The notes under the pieces: model-generated
What the model was told of the DNA's origin: nothing
Databases searched by the model: none
What the model saw: the letters and a program-made list of their open reading frames with translations, nothing else
Made by a program: the position numbers and the translations under genes
Source: Eledone cirrhosa
Taxonomy: Eukaryota
Reading direction: 5' to 3'
DNA length: 64,000 bases
NCBI GenBank assembly: GCA_964016885.1
Contig: OZ024740.1
Coordinates: forward strand, 440,696,001-440,760,000
In this document: piece after piece, positions 10,716 through 22,860 of the stretch
Layout of the letters: the number at the start of each line of letters is the position of its first letter
How positions within the stretch are numbered: the stretch's first letter is position 1

Positions 10716-13451
10716 TTTGCATTCTCCAGTCAATGGATTCCACATGTCCAGTTCTGTCACTTCCGCTTCCGGATGTCGTGACCAATATCTCATCCTTTTC
10801 CCTCTATCTTTCCTTCTCTCTCTCACTCTTTTTCTCTATCAACTCCTCTTTTCTTGCCTTCTCTGATTCTCTCCAACACAAACATATCTAACCTACATAT
10901 CTACCTATCTTTCTAGTTACCTCTCTCTCACTCACCCCTATCTCTCTCTATCTCCCTCTCTTTCTCTTTCTATCTATCTGTCGCCCTCTCTATCTCTCTC
11001 TCTATCTCCCACTCTTTCTCCCTCTCTTTTTCGTACCTTTCCTACACAAACTCACCTCTCCTCTGCCTATCTATGGGGCCTATCTATGGGGCCTATCGGT
11101 GGGGCCCTGATCAACTTGGATCAGTCTAAGGCTTCCCATAGGGTTAACTATCGTTACCTGGATGCGGTGCTCGAGGCGGCAGGCTTCGGACCCGTGTTTA
11201 AGGGCTGGATTGTTGCAATGCACAGCAGCAACATCTGCTCAAGGATCAAGGTGAACGGTTACCTCTCGGAGATGTTCCATATTACGCGATCCATCCGACA
11301 GGGATGCCCTCTCTCCTCCCTTCTGTACGTACTCACTCTCGAGCCACTACTGCGGAAGTTGGAGCTATTGCAGGGCATCCCTTTGGAATCGGGACTGCGA
11401 AAAGCACCTCGCAAATCGGGGAGATCGGCACCTTACTGGAGGAATACGAAAGGTTCACAGGAGCGAAGATGAACCGGGACAAATCCGTCGGTTTGCAACT
11501 CGGAACGTGGAGGCAAACCGATGCCTTCCGATGACATCGTCGGACGCTGGACGGAAGGACCGGTAAAGCTGTTCGGGGTCTGGTTTGGTCCGGATCGCAA
11601 GGTGGAGAAGAATTGGAACGAGGTGACGGCCAAGGTGTTTGCGCTCACCCAGAAGTGGGCCGAGTGCAAACTATCCTTGAAAGGTCGAGCGGAGGTGGCG
11701 AACACTTTTATTGCGTCCGTCATCTACTACCGCTTGACCGTCGTGCCTTGTCCAGCCAAAACGCTCACCAAAATGGAGTGCGCTCTTCCAATTCCTTTGG
11801 AAGAAACGGGCTCCTTTGGTGAGAAGATCCATCTGCTGCCAACATCCTTCAAACGGGTGGCTGGGGATGCCGTGGTTGACGATACGCAAACACGCGCTCA
11901 GGCTGCGGCACCCCCACGTATTCCTCACCAGACAACCGGTGTGGGGCCCCGTTCGTGAGGCGAGCCTTCCCACAACTCGTCTCGCTGACCGAGCTGCAGT
12001 CATGGGTCAAGCAAAGACCGAGGAAAATGGGCGACTGGCACAGCGAATGTGCTCAGGCGCTCACAGTCCTCTGGCAAACGGACCCGGCGATCAGTGGAGA
12101 CTCCACTTCGACATTCTATAGAGGGTTGGTCAGCAGCAAGTGCGACGACACGCTCGGAGAAACTCTAGGCGTAGAGGAGGACGAACTGGCCAGTTTGTTC
12201 GGTAGGACCTTCCGCCCGGGACCAATGGACAACTTCCAAAAGTCCCTGGCCTGGCGTGCTACCGAGGAACTCTACCTGTTCGAGACAAGCTCTACAGACA
12301 CGGGCGCCGAGTAGGGACCCTTCGAAAAAGATCTGTCCGAGATGCGTGCGCGACGAGGAAACCGTCGCACACGCATTTGTACACTGCCCGGGCGTTACCG
12401 ACCTGTGGGGCTATGTAGAACGACTATTGTCGCGGGTGGGACAAATCCAGTTGACCACCGAGTCCAATGTCATGATCATACTGCTACCCTCCTTCAAAAT
12501 CGAGGAAGAGGCTGTTTTCCTATGTGTTATGGCTATGGTGAAAGAGTTTATATGGTGGGCGAGGTTAAAAGGGCTGAGGTCAGACACCTTTCTCTCTGGC
12601 AAGCAACTGATTCGTTTTTTCAAATATCATTTTGGAAGAAGAATCAGGATGGAGAGAGAGGTGCTGTACCCCAGCAAATTTTATAAAAGGTGGGTGAATG
12701 TGGCAAAGATGGCCCGAGTGGTTGGGCCTTCTCTCTATATAAGCCTGTAGGTTGAGGAAAAAGAGGAAGAGAGGAAGGTTGTACATTTTTTCGGGGTGTG
12801 TACAACTCCTGTGTAATACCTCCCCCCCCCTCTCCCTATTGGGCATATCAATTGTTATTTGTTATTTTATTAATAGTTTTATTTTCATATACCTGTATGT
12901 AAACTCCCCATTTATATTTGTCCCCTTCTTTTGTGCCCTTGTGGCTAATAAAGAAATTTATCTAGTTACCTCTCTCTCACTCACCCCCTATCTCTCTCTA
13001 TCTCCCTCTCTTTCTCTCTCTATCTATCTGTCGCCCTCTCTATCTCTATCTCTATCTCCCACTCTTTCTCCCTCTCTTTTTCGTACCTTTCCTACACAAA
13101 CTCACCTCTCCTCTGCCTATCTATCAATCTATCTGTCTAGTTATCACCCTTTCTCCCTATCTCACCCCATATCTCTCTTCCTCTCCCTCTCTATTGATCG
13201 TGCTCTCTCCACCTTTCCCCCCACACACATACATATACACAGTTTGATGTCTCAACAAATTATTTTTTGTTCTTGTTGCTTTCCCTTTTCTCTTCCCTTT
13301 TTTGGGGAATTTTTGTTTTATGAATTTTTTGAATTTATTTTTACACGTTTGTCTTGTTATAACCTCTTTACACCGCCAAAACCCACTTTGTATCGCCCTG
13401 TGCCGTCTTTAATGTTTTTCTTCATGTTAGTCATTGTGACCAATAAAGAAA
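10716..13451 (+). mobile_element. Non-coding insertion with a CT-rich body and Tx1-type 3' end (about 690 bp once the inner insertion and one repeat copy are removed)
   Basis: Ends ...TCATTGTGACCAATAAAGAAA. Flanked by a 136-bp direct repeat at 10580-10715 and 13452-13587. Confidence 0.8.
11096..12956 (+). mobile_element. Tx1-like element B, 5'-truncated (RT C-terminal half to 3' end), nested
   Basis: GGALINLDQSKA, IRQGCPLS, CPRC..ETVAHAFVHC. Ends CCCTTGTGGCTAATAAAGAAA. Flanked by a 163/164-bp direct repeat at 10912-11074 and 12961-13124. Confidence 0.9.
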
Positions 13452-14546
13452 CCTCACCCAGAAATGGGCCGAGAGGAAGCTGTCCCTGAAAGGCCGGGCG
13501 GAGGTGGCGAATGCGTACATCGCATCCGTCATCTGCTACCGCCTCACCGTCGTCCCTTGCTCCAGCCTAACTCTCACCAAAATGGAGCGCCTCCTCTTCC
13601 GCTTTTTGTGGAAGGAACGCGCTCCCATTGTCAGACGATCCATCTGCTGTCAACGCCCGTTGCGTGGAGGAGTCGGCATGCCATGGCTGATGATGCGCAA
13701 ACATGCGCTGAGGCTGCGACATCTCTGGTGCTTCCTTGATGGTGAACAGGTGTGGTCGCCGTTCGCCAGGCACGTTTTCCCACAGCTCGTCTCCTTGATG
13801 GAGCTGCAGTCCTGGGTCAGAAAAAAACCGAGGGATAGCGCTTGGAAACTGGAATGTCTCCAGGCGCTCACTGCCCTCTGCCAGTTGGGCGCCAGTATCG
13901 GTGGAACATCCACCTCGGCGTTCTATAGAGGACTAGTGGAGGGGAAGAGCGACGACATTCTCGGAGAGATCCTGGGCGTCGAAGAAGATCAGCTGTTTGC
14001 TCTCTTCCGGAGAACTTTCAGCCCACGGCCTATGGATAATTTCCAAAAATCCCTGGCCTGTCAGTGCTACCGGGGAGCGCTGCCGGTTCGAGATAAGCTC
14101 TACAGGCACGGAAGTGCCGTCAGCCGAGCCTGTCCGAGATGCGCGCAAAGCGACGAAACCCTCGTGCACGCACTCGTTCAATGCCCGAGCATTGCTGACT
14201 TGTGGAGCTATGTCGAACAGTTGCTGTCGCGTGTAGGACTGATCCTTTGTCGACTGAGTCCATTGTGCAAATGGTCTCGCTGTCTTCCTTCGAGGAGGAA
14301 GGGCAGGCGGTTTTCATCTGCATGGTGGCCATGGCGAAAGAGATTGTGTGGTGGACAAGGTTAAAAGGGTTAAAGACAAACACTTTCCTCTTCGGCGAAT
14401 CCCTAGTTAACTTTTTCAAGTTTCACTTGAAGAGGAAAATCAAGGTGGAGAGGCAAGTGCTGCCTTCTAGCAAGTTTGTTGAAAGGGGGGTGAATGTAGC
14501 GAGAATGGTCCGAGTGAAGGGGACCACTCTGAATATACGTCTGTAG
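13452..14546 (+). pseudogene. Tx1-A ORF2, 3' part (C-terminal zinc-finger region)
   Basis: Resumes the 10113-10715 reading frame. GGVGMP, CPRCAQSDETLVHALVQC. Confidence 0.88.
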
Positions 14547-15067
14547 TTTGAGAAATGGAAAAATTGAGATAGGGCGCTTGCCCTGGTGGTCAGGGTGGCC
14601 GTGGTCTTTCGTGTGGTTTTCGCCACGAGTAACCCTCGGAGGTTTCCCCCCTAATGGGGAATTTTTCATTGTTTCAATTTTCATTGTTATTGTTTATATA
14701 TATATATGTTTCTATGTCCTTTTTTTTCTTTTCTTATATAAATAATAAAAATATTTACACGCACAAAACCCACATCGTACCGTCCTGTGCCGTCTATAAT
14801 GTTGTTCGTGATGTCAGCCCTTGTGGCCAATAAAGAAATCATTATTATTATTATTATTATTGGTCTCAGTGGACGTATTTTGCTCGCTCCCAGTAAGTCG
14901 CTTTATTTGCCTGTTAAAATTATTTGTTGTTAAATATTTCTTGTTGTGTAAGGGTTATAAGCCCTTAGACTTTGCCCTGTGAAGCGGAAAGTATAATATT
15001 TGGGCCTTTTGGCCCAAATATTTGAATTTCTTTTACATGTTAAAACATTTACGGAGAAAAAAAAAAC

Positions 15068-17032
15068 ATGGCTGAGCCACGCCCCCCAGCGATATGTCGT
15101 GGAAGTTGAGAGGAGCGCTACAGCGAAATTAACACAAATTGATAACACAAACACCACCACAAACAATGTAAACAAAGACACCAATGATACCAATGAGAAC
15201 TCTAATTTTGGAAAAAATGACAGTAACAGCGACAACGAAAATACAGATAGCAAAAAAAAAAATAACAAATACAACAACATCAACACCACTAACATGAAAA
15301 CAAATAGCGACAACACCAACAGCAACAATACCAACTGCACCGAGAACAACGGTGGCAACAAAGACAACAATGATAACAGCGACAGTTCTAACAACAGCAC
15401 CAACAAGAACAACGACAACAACACCCCCAACGAAAACAAGAAGAACACTTTCGCTGCTGCAGCAGCAAAAAAGAGGCCATGCTTCAACATGGACCTCTCC
15501 AACAAAGATGAAAAGTTGGCCCAGGCATGGAAGCTCATCAAGCAAGAGCAAACCTGGGCCAACTTAACTGTCCCGGTAGAAGCTATTGAGGCAGTGGAGC
15601 GCAGAACGGTGCATTATAGATGCATCTCAGCACAAACCAAAAGGGCAGCTTTAATCCCACAAGAAAATGTCGAAGTTGCGCTAAGGTGCCTCAGAGAAAA
15701 CACCGAATACATAGAGAAGGGCACCATTTCCGAGACAGTACTGCACCATTTCGTTGTTGTTGAAGTCAGAAGCCCTCGCTATGAAATACGCTATGACTCC
15801 TTGCAAAACCAGAAAGGTCATAATGTACCCTCCCACGTGGGAAAAAGAACGGCCCGTCTTCGCATTCCCAGAATCCCACCAGGACTTGACATGTGGTGGC
15901 TTCTGGGATGTGTGATTGTGGAGGGGACGGATACCGTCCCTATAGAAGTGACCAGAACGGCCAGAGAGGACTGGTCCGGGGTTGACCTGGAGATCCTTCT
16001 CCAGAACAGGCCCGAGAATGTGAAGACAATCCCAGACCATATCCGACTTCAGAATGGGACTGTCATTCACATTATGACCGAAGGCAAAAGGCCGCAGTGT
16101 TTTGTTTGTGGGGAAAAAACCCATTTGCGAGCCTTCTGCCCTCAACTGCTGAAAGAGGCAAGGGGTCGAAAGGCTCCACTGCTGCCGACTCCGGGGCGAG
16201 GAACACAACCAACACCAGCAACGGCAAAACCACCAACAACAACACCAATAGAAAGACCACCACCAACATTGACCACCCAGGGGGGAAACGAGGAAAGCTG
16301 TCAAATTCCCTCTCCCCCCAAAAATACACACACCAATAAAACCATAAACATACATACAGACACACTTACAGACACAGACCCCTCATCTACCAGTAGTGAA
16401 GATGAGGGAAAACCAAAATCCCCCAAAATACAAAAAGGAAACACAAAAAGAAAAAAAAAACTCAACAAAGCACAAAATCACCCACAATAAAAAATGCAGA
16501 CACCACCCACGCAAACATCTCTCCAATGACACCAACATCAACACCACCGTCACCATCACCAGAATCCCCCAAACGCAAACAACCTAAACAGACGCAAGAA
16601 CAAATATACACACAAACATCTGAAACCACAGACACCGCACTCACAACAAACACAGATACAACCGAAACAACACCACCAAAACAATCACCACCACAGCCAC
16701 GCAAACAAATAAAATCATACCAACAAAACATACACAACTTCGTGCTCGTCAGGAGGGCCAACAAGGAACTGATGGCCCTCGTAGCACGAAGTGGAAATAT
16801 ACAAAAAGAGGGGGACATTTTTAAATCGACCACATTTCGCGTGCCGGAAGATTTGGTTCTGGTGCGAATGTCGCTCGATATATTCAAAGAAATACGAGAC
16901 AGCTTTCCTCGGGACGTGGGAACACCGAACGTAAAACCCACTTCAAGACTTTTAAAGAGGTTCCCAAAAGAAACCCCACCAACTATGGAGGTCGAACAAC
17001 CCGACCTTCACAAGAGCCCGGAAGGTAAGTAA
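15068..17032 (+). pseudogene. Tx1-C ORF1 (gag-like, CCHC), frameshifted
   Basis: Asn-rich N-terminus, TFAAAAAKK, EGKRPQCFVCGEKTHLRAFCP. Continues in the 16526-17032 ORF ending PEGK*. Confidence 0.85.
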
Positions 17033-19826
17033 GCCTTCCTCTCTCTCTCTTTTTAACCTGCCAACATGGCCGTACTAAGAGTAGGATGTTTAAATGTTCG
17101 AGGCCTGGGATCGTCCTGGAAGCAGGGTCACCTGCTCAACGACCTCAGGTCTATAGAAATGGATGTAATTGCCGTAAGCGAGACCAGGATTTCCGACACG
17201 CTCGCACTAGCCCCCATTTTCAACGACTATCAGATATTTGCATCTGTTAGCCGGCCGGGAATGGGAGGCGGGGTGGTAGTGCTGTTTAGGAAAGGCCTGG
17301 ATCTCGAGGTAAGGTCGATCTTCCAGGACCCGGACGGGGAGTTGGTGGTCCTGGACGTGAACAATAACGAAGGTGGTGCCTTTCGACTGGTGGCCGTCTA
17401 TGCTCCTACTGGGGCAGGACGGCGGGACCCCTTTAGACGCCTGGAAGCCTTTCTGGGTACGTCTCGCCCTTTACTGTTAGTGGGGGACTGGAACGGCATC
17501 TTAGACGCCCGCTGGGACTGTGTGGGAGTATTCGATAGGAGCGGGGGGTGCAAAAGCCACAGGAAACTGATCAGCCAGTTCCAACTGTCTGACAGGTACC
17601 GACTAGATTTCCCTAAGGCGCCAGTGTGGACCTGGGCTAACCGCATAGAGTCATCTAGATCGTATATAGACAGAAATAGTGTAAGCTGTCCACGTTTTGA
17701 AACGGTCGCCTATTCAGATCACAAGTTTGTGATCTGTATGGTCGACCTAGATAAGACGCGTAGGTTAGGACCTGGTTGCTGGAAGCTAAACATGTCATTT
17801 CCGGCACGTAAGGCTTACAGGGACCAGGTCAACAATTTAGTTAAGAAAAAGTTGACAGGGGGAGTCGTCAACAATAGGTGGTGGGGGCTCTCAAAAGAGA
17901 GATTAGAGTAATGTCGATAGAGTTTAGCAAAGAAGTAGCGTTAGAGGAAAATAGAAAGGAGGGGAAGTTGGTAGATAAGTTAGACGAGGCTATTGGTAGT
18001 GGCATTGCAACTGACGTGCTAGCGGCGAGAATAGCATTAGATCATTTCTTCAATGCGAAACACGAAGGTTGCATTGTCAGAGCTATGGCGCGTGGTCTGA
18101 GAAAGGAGGGAACCAAATCTGTTCGATGGGTCCGCGTGGCAGAGGCGCAGCATGGTAATAAAACCACGATTCGGTCTTTGACGGACCGAGACGGGAACGA
18201 GCTGAGCGACTCCGAGCGGATGTGTGAGGCCTTTCGCCAACATTTTGCTCGGTTGTTCGGGGGAAGTGGCGGGTCAGAGATGGTGGCGGACTTCAGTCCC
18301 TACCTCGATGGCTTGTCACAACTCTCGACGGCTGACGCTGGGCGCTGCGAAAGGCCAATTACTTCAGCCGAGATTCGAGATGCCCTTGTCGGCTGCATGA
18401 GGCGAAAGTCACCCGGTTTGGATGGTCTGCCCTACGAGCTTTACGTAAATATGCCAGACTTGTTCTCCAATCTCCTCGAAGCCCTCTACTGCAACTGGCA
18501 GCAAAACGGGAGTATTCCGAGTTCTGTGAGCCGGGGCGTAGTGACGCTGATAAGGAAAGACGAGAACAAGAGGAACACATTAGACAATTTCAGGCCCATA
18601 ACACTGCTCAACACAGAGTTTAAGATTTTGGCCAGGGTGTTAGCGAAGAGGTTGGCGCTTGTCGTCGGGGATTTGGTTGGGGAGGCGCAAACTTGCGCAA
18701 TCCCAACCTCCACCTAATGCGATACATCATAGAGAGAGTTGGGTGTAAACCTGGCTTCGGTGGGGCTCTGATCAATTTAGATCAATCGAAAGCATTCGAT
18801 AGGGTCGACCATCGGTACCTGGAGGTTGTCCTCAAGGCGGCTGGCTTCGGCGCCGTCTTCAGAAGCTGGATCGCTGCAATACACAGCGGCACCTGCTCGA
18901 TGGTCAAAATTAATGGCCACCTCTCGGAACCGTTTCAGGTCTCCCGATAGGTCCGTCAAGGGTGCCCTCTCTCCTCCCTTCTGTACGTATTGACTCTCGA
19001 GCCTTTACTGCGGAAGCTGGAGCTGTTGCAGGGCATCCCGCTCGAACTGGGACGCGGAATGGCTGTGTCGGCTTATGCGGACATCACCTTGATGGTCTCA
19101 GACACCTCAGAAATCGAGGTGGTCGGCAACTTATTGGAGGAATATGAAAGGTTGACGGGAGCAAAACTTAACCCGGAAAAGGTAGTTGGCTTGCAACTGC
19201 GCACCTGGAGAGGCAAGTCCATGCCGTCCAACAGCGTCATTATACACTGGGCGGACGGACCGGTAAAGTTGCTAGGGGTTTGGTTCGGGCCAGACCTCCA
19301 GGTGGATATGAATTGTGACGAGGTGACGGGCAGGGTAGCCAGTCTCACACAGAAATGGGCTGGGATGAAGCTATCACTAAAAGATCAGGCGGAGGTGGCG
19401 AACGCGTACATCGCATCCGTCATCTACTACCTTCTGACCGTCGTCCCTTGCCCCCGTTCGCGCCTCGCCATCTTGGAGTAGCTCCTCTTCAAATTTTTGT
19501 GGAGGGGTCAGTTTCCGCTGGTGAGGCGGTCCATCTGCTGCCAGCACCCTCTACGTGGAAGGCTGGGCATGCCGTGGCTAATGATGCGCAGGCATGCGCT
19601 GAGGCTGCGGCATCTCAAGATATTCTGCCTAAACGGTGAACAGGTGTGGTCGCCGTTTGTCAGACGGGCCTTTCCGCAGCTCGTTTCTTTGACTGAGTTG
19701 CAGTCCTGGGTCAAGAAGAGACCGAGACTGGGTGACTGGCATCTGGGATGTTGCCAGGCACTCACTGCCCTCTACCAGGAGGGCAATGCGGTCAGTGGAA
19801 CTTCCTCTCTCGAGTTCTATAGAGGA

Positions 19827-20825
19827 CTAGCAGTAAAGCCCGGCGTTGCTCGGGGTCGCTCAGTAGCTGTGTTAAAGTTACAATGTTAAGTTTCTTTCTT
19901 GGCTTAAAAACTGTAGTGTCTACTGTGCAGATTGCATGTGGTGTTTTTGATTAATATTCCCTCAACCAACAATATGCCTTATGAAGTTAAGAAAACATAA
20001 CGATAACCCGAATGTTATAACAAAAGAGGATGCTGGGGATAGAAACTGCACTGGTTATTTATTAACAAAGATCGAAAATGTAAACACTGCAACGCAGAGA
20101 AAAACATTAGCGTAACCAAATTATCAGTTATGTCTGTCTGCACGCCTATATCACCTCTCTGCACGACTGTCTGTCTGCACGCCTATATCACCTCTCTGCA
20201 CGACTGTCTGTCTGCACGCCTATATCACCTCTCTGCACGACTGTCTGTCTGCACGCCTATATCACCTCTCTGCACGACTATCTGTCTGCACGCGTATATC
20301 ACCTCTCTGCACGACTGTCTGTCTGCACGACTGTCTGTCTGCACGACTGTCTGTCTGCACGCCTAACGACGAAATATTTGCTTGTTTTACGTAGTCTTTA
20401 AATAGACTTGTTTTCAAGTAAAAATATTGTTTTAAAATGCTTTTAAATGGAAATGAAGCAAAACGGAAGCTTAGTGTTCGAACTGATGAATTTTGCAGGT
20501 CAATATTTTGCTGGCTTGACAACTGTTCGTGTATTGTGTTAATGTCATTTTAAACGCTGAGAAAGCCAGCGTAATTTTTTACGTAAGACGCTCAATGTAA
20601 ACAGAACAAAGGGAAATAACTGATAACTTACGCTCAAAAATCGATACATTATATTCGATTTCGTCACATAGGGTGGGTCAATTTGAAATTTTTTTTTCCG
20701 ATGTCTTCGCTAGGGCTCAATGTACAAGTATAGCAATTTCGGTGCAATTCCGTGAGAGATTCTAAGAGGAGATGTGTGCCAAAAATCGATAGACAGACAG
20801 ACAACCACAGTTTTATATATATAGA
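19827..20825 (-). mobile_element. Non-autonomous Helitron, 999 bp
   Basis: On minus: 5'-TC(TATATATA), 3' hairpin CCCGAGCAACGCCGGG, terminal CTAG. Inserted between A and T with no TSD; removal restores the Tx1 frame (RGLVVGK). Confidence 0.88.
20131..20365. repeat. 37-bp tandem repeat inside the Helitron (5 copies plus partials)
   Basis: Unit TGTCTGTCTGCACGCCTATATCACCTCTCTGCACGAC. Confidence 0.95.
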
Positions 20826-21692
20826 TTAGTGGTGGGCAAGTGCGACGATGCACTCGAAGAGGCTTTGGGAGTCATCGAAGTCGAACTAACCAGTCTGTAC
20901 CGGAGGACTTTCGAGCCGGGGACGATGGACAATTTCCAAAAATCCCTCGGTTCGAGATAAACTCTACAGGCACGGAAGTGCTGTCAGACGGACCTGCCCG
21001 AGATGCGCGCAGAGCGACGAAACCGTTCTGCACGCCCTCGTCCAGTGTCCGTGCATTACTGACTTGTGGAGTTATGTTGAACAGCTGTTGTCGCGTGTAG
21101 AACGGATCCGGCTATCGGCCGAGTCCATAGTGAAGATCGACCCGCCGCCTTCTTTTGGCCAGGAAGGGCAGGCAATTTTCCTCTGTCTGGTGGCAGTAGC
21201 GAAAGAGGTTGTATGGTGGACGAGGTTGAAAGGACTGAAGACAGACACTTTTTCTCTTCGGCCAATCCCTCATCAACCTTTTCAAGTTTCACTTGGAAAG
21301 GAAGGTGAGGGTGGAGAGAGAAGTGCTGCTCCCCAGAACATTTGCTGAAAGGTGGGTGAATGTGGCGAGAATGGCCCGTGTGAGTGGGCCTACTCTTGTC
21401 ATGCGGCTGTAGGTAGTTAAATTTGAGGAGGAGAGGGGTGCCCTTCCAGAGTGCTCTCGAAGCGTCGTGTCGTTCAGGACTCGTGGGGTACCTGAGCGAA
21501 CCCTAGGTGGTCATCCCCCCTATTGGGGAATTTTTTCTTGTTGTAATTTTCTTGTTACTTTCTTGTTACTTTGTTATTGTTACTTTGTTATTGTTATTCA
21601 TATTGTTTACTCGATTTTTCTGTAAAACCCCACTGTCCCAGTCTTTTGCATTGTCCTCTATATGTCGGCCCTTGTGGCCAATAAATGAAATC

Positions 21693-21714
21693 ATTATTAT
21701 TACTATTATTATCG

Positions 21715-21746
<32 letters not shown>

Positions 21747-21776
21747 TTTATTATTATTATTACTATTATTATTATT
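21693..21776. repeat. Degenerate (ATT/ATC)n
   Basis: Seen directly. Confidence 0.9.
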
Positions 21777-22240
21777 CGTTTCCTTCCAATTCCTGTGATA
21801 TTTGTTAAGCGATACACAAGCTGAACAGTTTCTAGAAGAGTAACGAGGTCGTTTTCCTGGGTGCTCTATCATTAGATAGTTCTAACCAAGATGTCTTGCA
21901 GTGTCACTTTCTAATGCTATCTAATTCATTCGCTAGCGCAGCTGCTTTGTCTATATTCGTGAGAAAGTTCCGACAAATCAAAGCTATTCAGTCATATTAA
22001 TACTTGAGAAAAAATAGTCCTTGACAAACATCACGCAATAAGCTTCATTGAAAAGCACCTCCTCTTAGGTTTCCTTATCAAAAGCACATTTCCCTATTCC
22101 TCCTCCTCCCCATCCTTATCGTCCCCTCCCCCTCCTCCTATTCAGTTATCCTATGGTGTTCAGTAATTCCATATGATAGACGAATGTTAGGGTAAAAAAG
22201 ATGGGAAAACCGATTTTCTATAACAAGAGATAATTTAAAT

Positions 22241-22850
22241 GAAAACACACACGGACACACACACACATACACGGAAACACACATACACACAGACACGGAT
22301 ACACACATACACAGAAGACACGGAAACACACATACACACATACACGGATACACACATACACACACGCACGGATACACACATACACACACAGACACGGATA
22401 CACAATACACACATACACACACAGACACGGATACACAATACACACATACACACACAGACACGGATACACACAAACACACATACACACGGATACACACATA
22501 CTCACACACATGAAGACATACATACACACACATACACACAAACACGCGCACACAAAGAAACACACACGCCTACATACATGCAAGCGCACACATACAAACA
22601 CGTATAGACATGCTCACACATATACAAACACATACACATACACACATATATACAAATGCACACAGACAGATAGGTAAATGTACACGCACGCATATAACAA
22701 TACACACACACACATAAAAGCACACACAGACAAGTGCGTACACACACACTCAGACACATAAAAACATACACACACACATACAAACGCACCCACATACACA
22801 CACACACACACACCCACACACAGCCAGACACAGAGAGGCACACATATACA
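22241..22850. repeat. Degenerate (AC)n-rich tract with recurrent ACACGGATAC units
   Basis: Seen directly. Confidence 0.9.
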
Positions 22851-22860
22851 ATTAAATAAA

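Larger units (their letters stand above)
6431..14840 (+). mobile_element. Tx1-like (L1 group) element A, slightly 5'-truncated, degenerate, interrupted at 10716-13451
   Basis: ORF1 with CCHC, ORF2 with APE-RT-zinc finger, 3' end CCCTTGTGGCCAATAAAGAAATC. (ATT)n at both ends. Confidence 0.9.
17066..21412 (+). pseudogene. Tx1-C ORF2 (APE-RT-zinc finger), broken by frameshifts and the Helitron
   Basis: LNVRGL, VSETR, VYAP, VGDWNG, SDHK, SPGLDGLP, NFRPITLLN, LDQSKAFDRVDH, AYAD. Confidence 0.92.
14861..21692 (+). mobile_element. Tx1-like element C, apparently full length, degenerate, interrupted by a Helitron
   Basis: 5' UTR follows (ATT)n; ORF1, ORF2 and 3' end CCCTTGTGGCCAATAAATGAAATC followed by (ATT/ATC)n. 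Confidence 0.9.
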
